DNA of 64,000 nucleotides from a virus. Under the pieces are notes generated by a model. It was given only the letters and a program-made list of their open reading frames with translations. It searched no databases and was not told where the DNA came from. A program made the translations under genes and the position numbers. The stretch spans positions 1 through 64,000 of IMG/VR virus record IMGVR_UViG_3300033149_003931; one strand, written 5' to 3'. The stretch's first letter is position 1; the number at the start of each line of letters is the position of its first letter. Positions 63,844 to 64,000 of this stretch are shown here, in pieces.

Positions 63844-64000
63844 TTAACCCCACTGTTCTGCCATAGCGTCAGCAATTCCTTGAAATGTTAAACTCCGCTT
63901 TTTCCAACCACCATAAAGCACAGGTAATTTAGAGGGCGTTCTTGTTCCGTCCTTTTTCTTTCCACCCCGGGTACTCCCACTATGCCAACTTGCAATAGGC
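63844..64000 (-). CDS. C-terminus of a second putative DNA cytosine methyltransferase (partial)
   Basis: Ends W.KRSLTFQGIADAMAEQWG*, the hallmark tail of a common phage methyltransferase family. Confidence 0.75.
   Translation of the reverse strand, partial: PIASWHSGSTRGGKKKDGTRTPSKLPVLYGGWKKRSLTFQGIADAMAEQWG

Overview
64 kb of an AT-rich tailed dsDNA bacteriophage genome (siphovirus-like; sigma70-type TTGACA-N17-TAnnnT promoters and GGAGG Shine-Dalgarno sites point to a bacterial host). There are three blocks. (1) 1-8.3 kb, minus strand: small early genes, including an ArdC-like antirestriction protein, driven by two strong twin promoters and punctuated by a repeated GC-rich hairpin. (2) 9.5-36.7 kb, plus strand: the late virion operon (tail tube, HK97 prohead protease/scaffold, major capsid, neck, tape measure, LamG/discoidin tail proteins). 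A 7-gene glycan-modification cassette (tandem GT9, GT4, two methyltransferases, sulfotransferase-like, two nucleotidyltransferases) sits directly behind the capsid gene, and a phage-specific motif TTATTTGTATTTAA-N3-TAG precedes three late genes. (3) 37.7-64 kb, minus strand: DNA metabolism and accessory genes (primase-helicase, SbcC, RuvC, exonucleases, two C5 methyltransferases, 8-oxoG glycosylase, DeoC, HldE-type heptose kinase, M16 peptidase), together with terminase and portal and an apparent two-gene split sigma factor. The most notable observations are a putative phage-encoded ADP-heptose/virion glycosylation system, the split sigma factor with a candidate late promoter, three large strongly base-paired intergenic RNAs of no recognised family, strong CCGG over-representation, and several homing-endonuclease/RNase H deletion scars. 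All family assignments come from motif recognition by eye; no database search or folding program was run.
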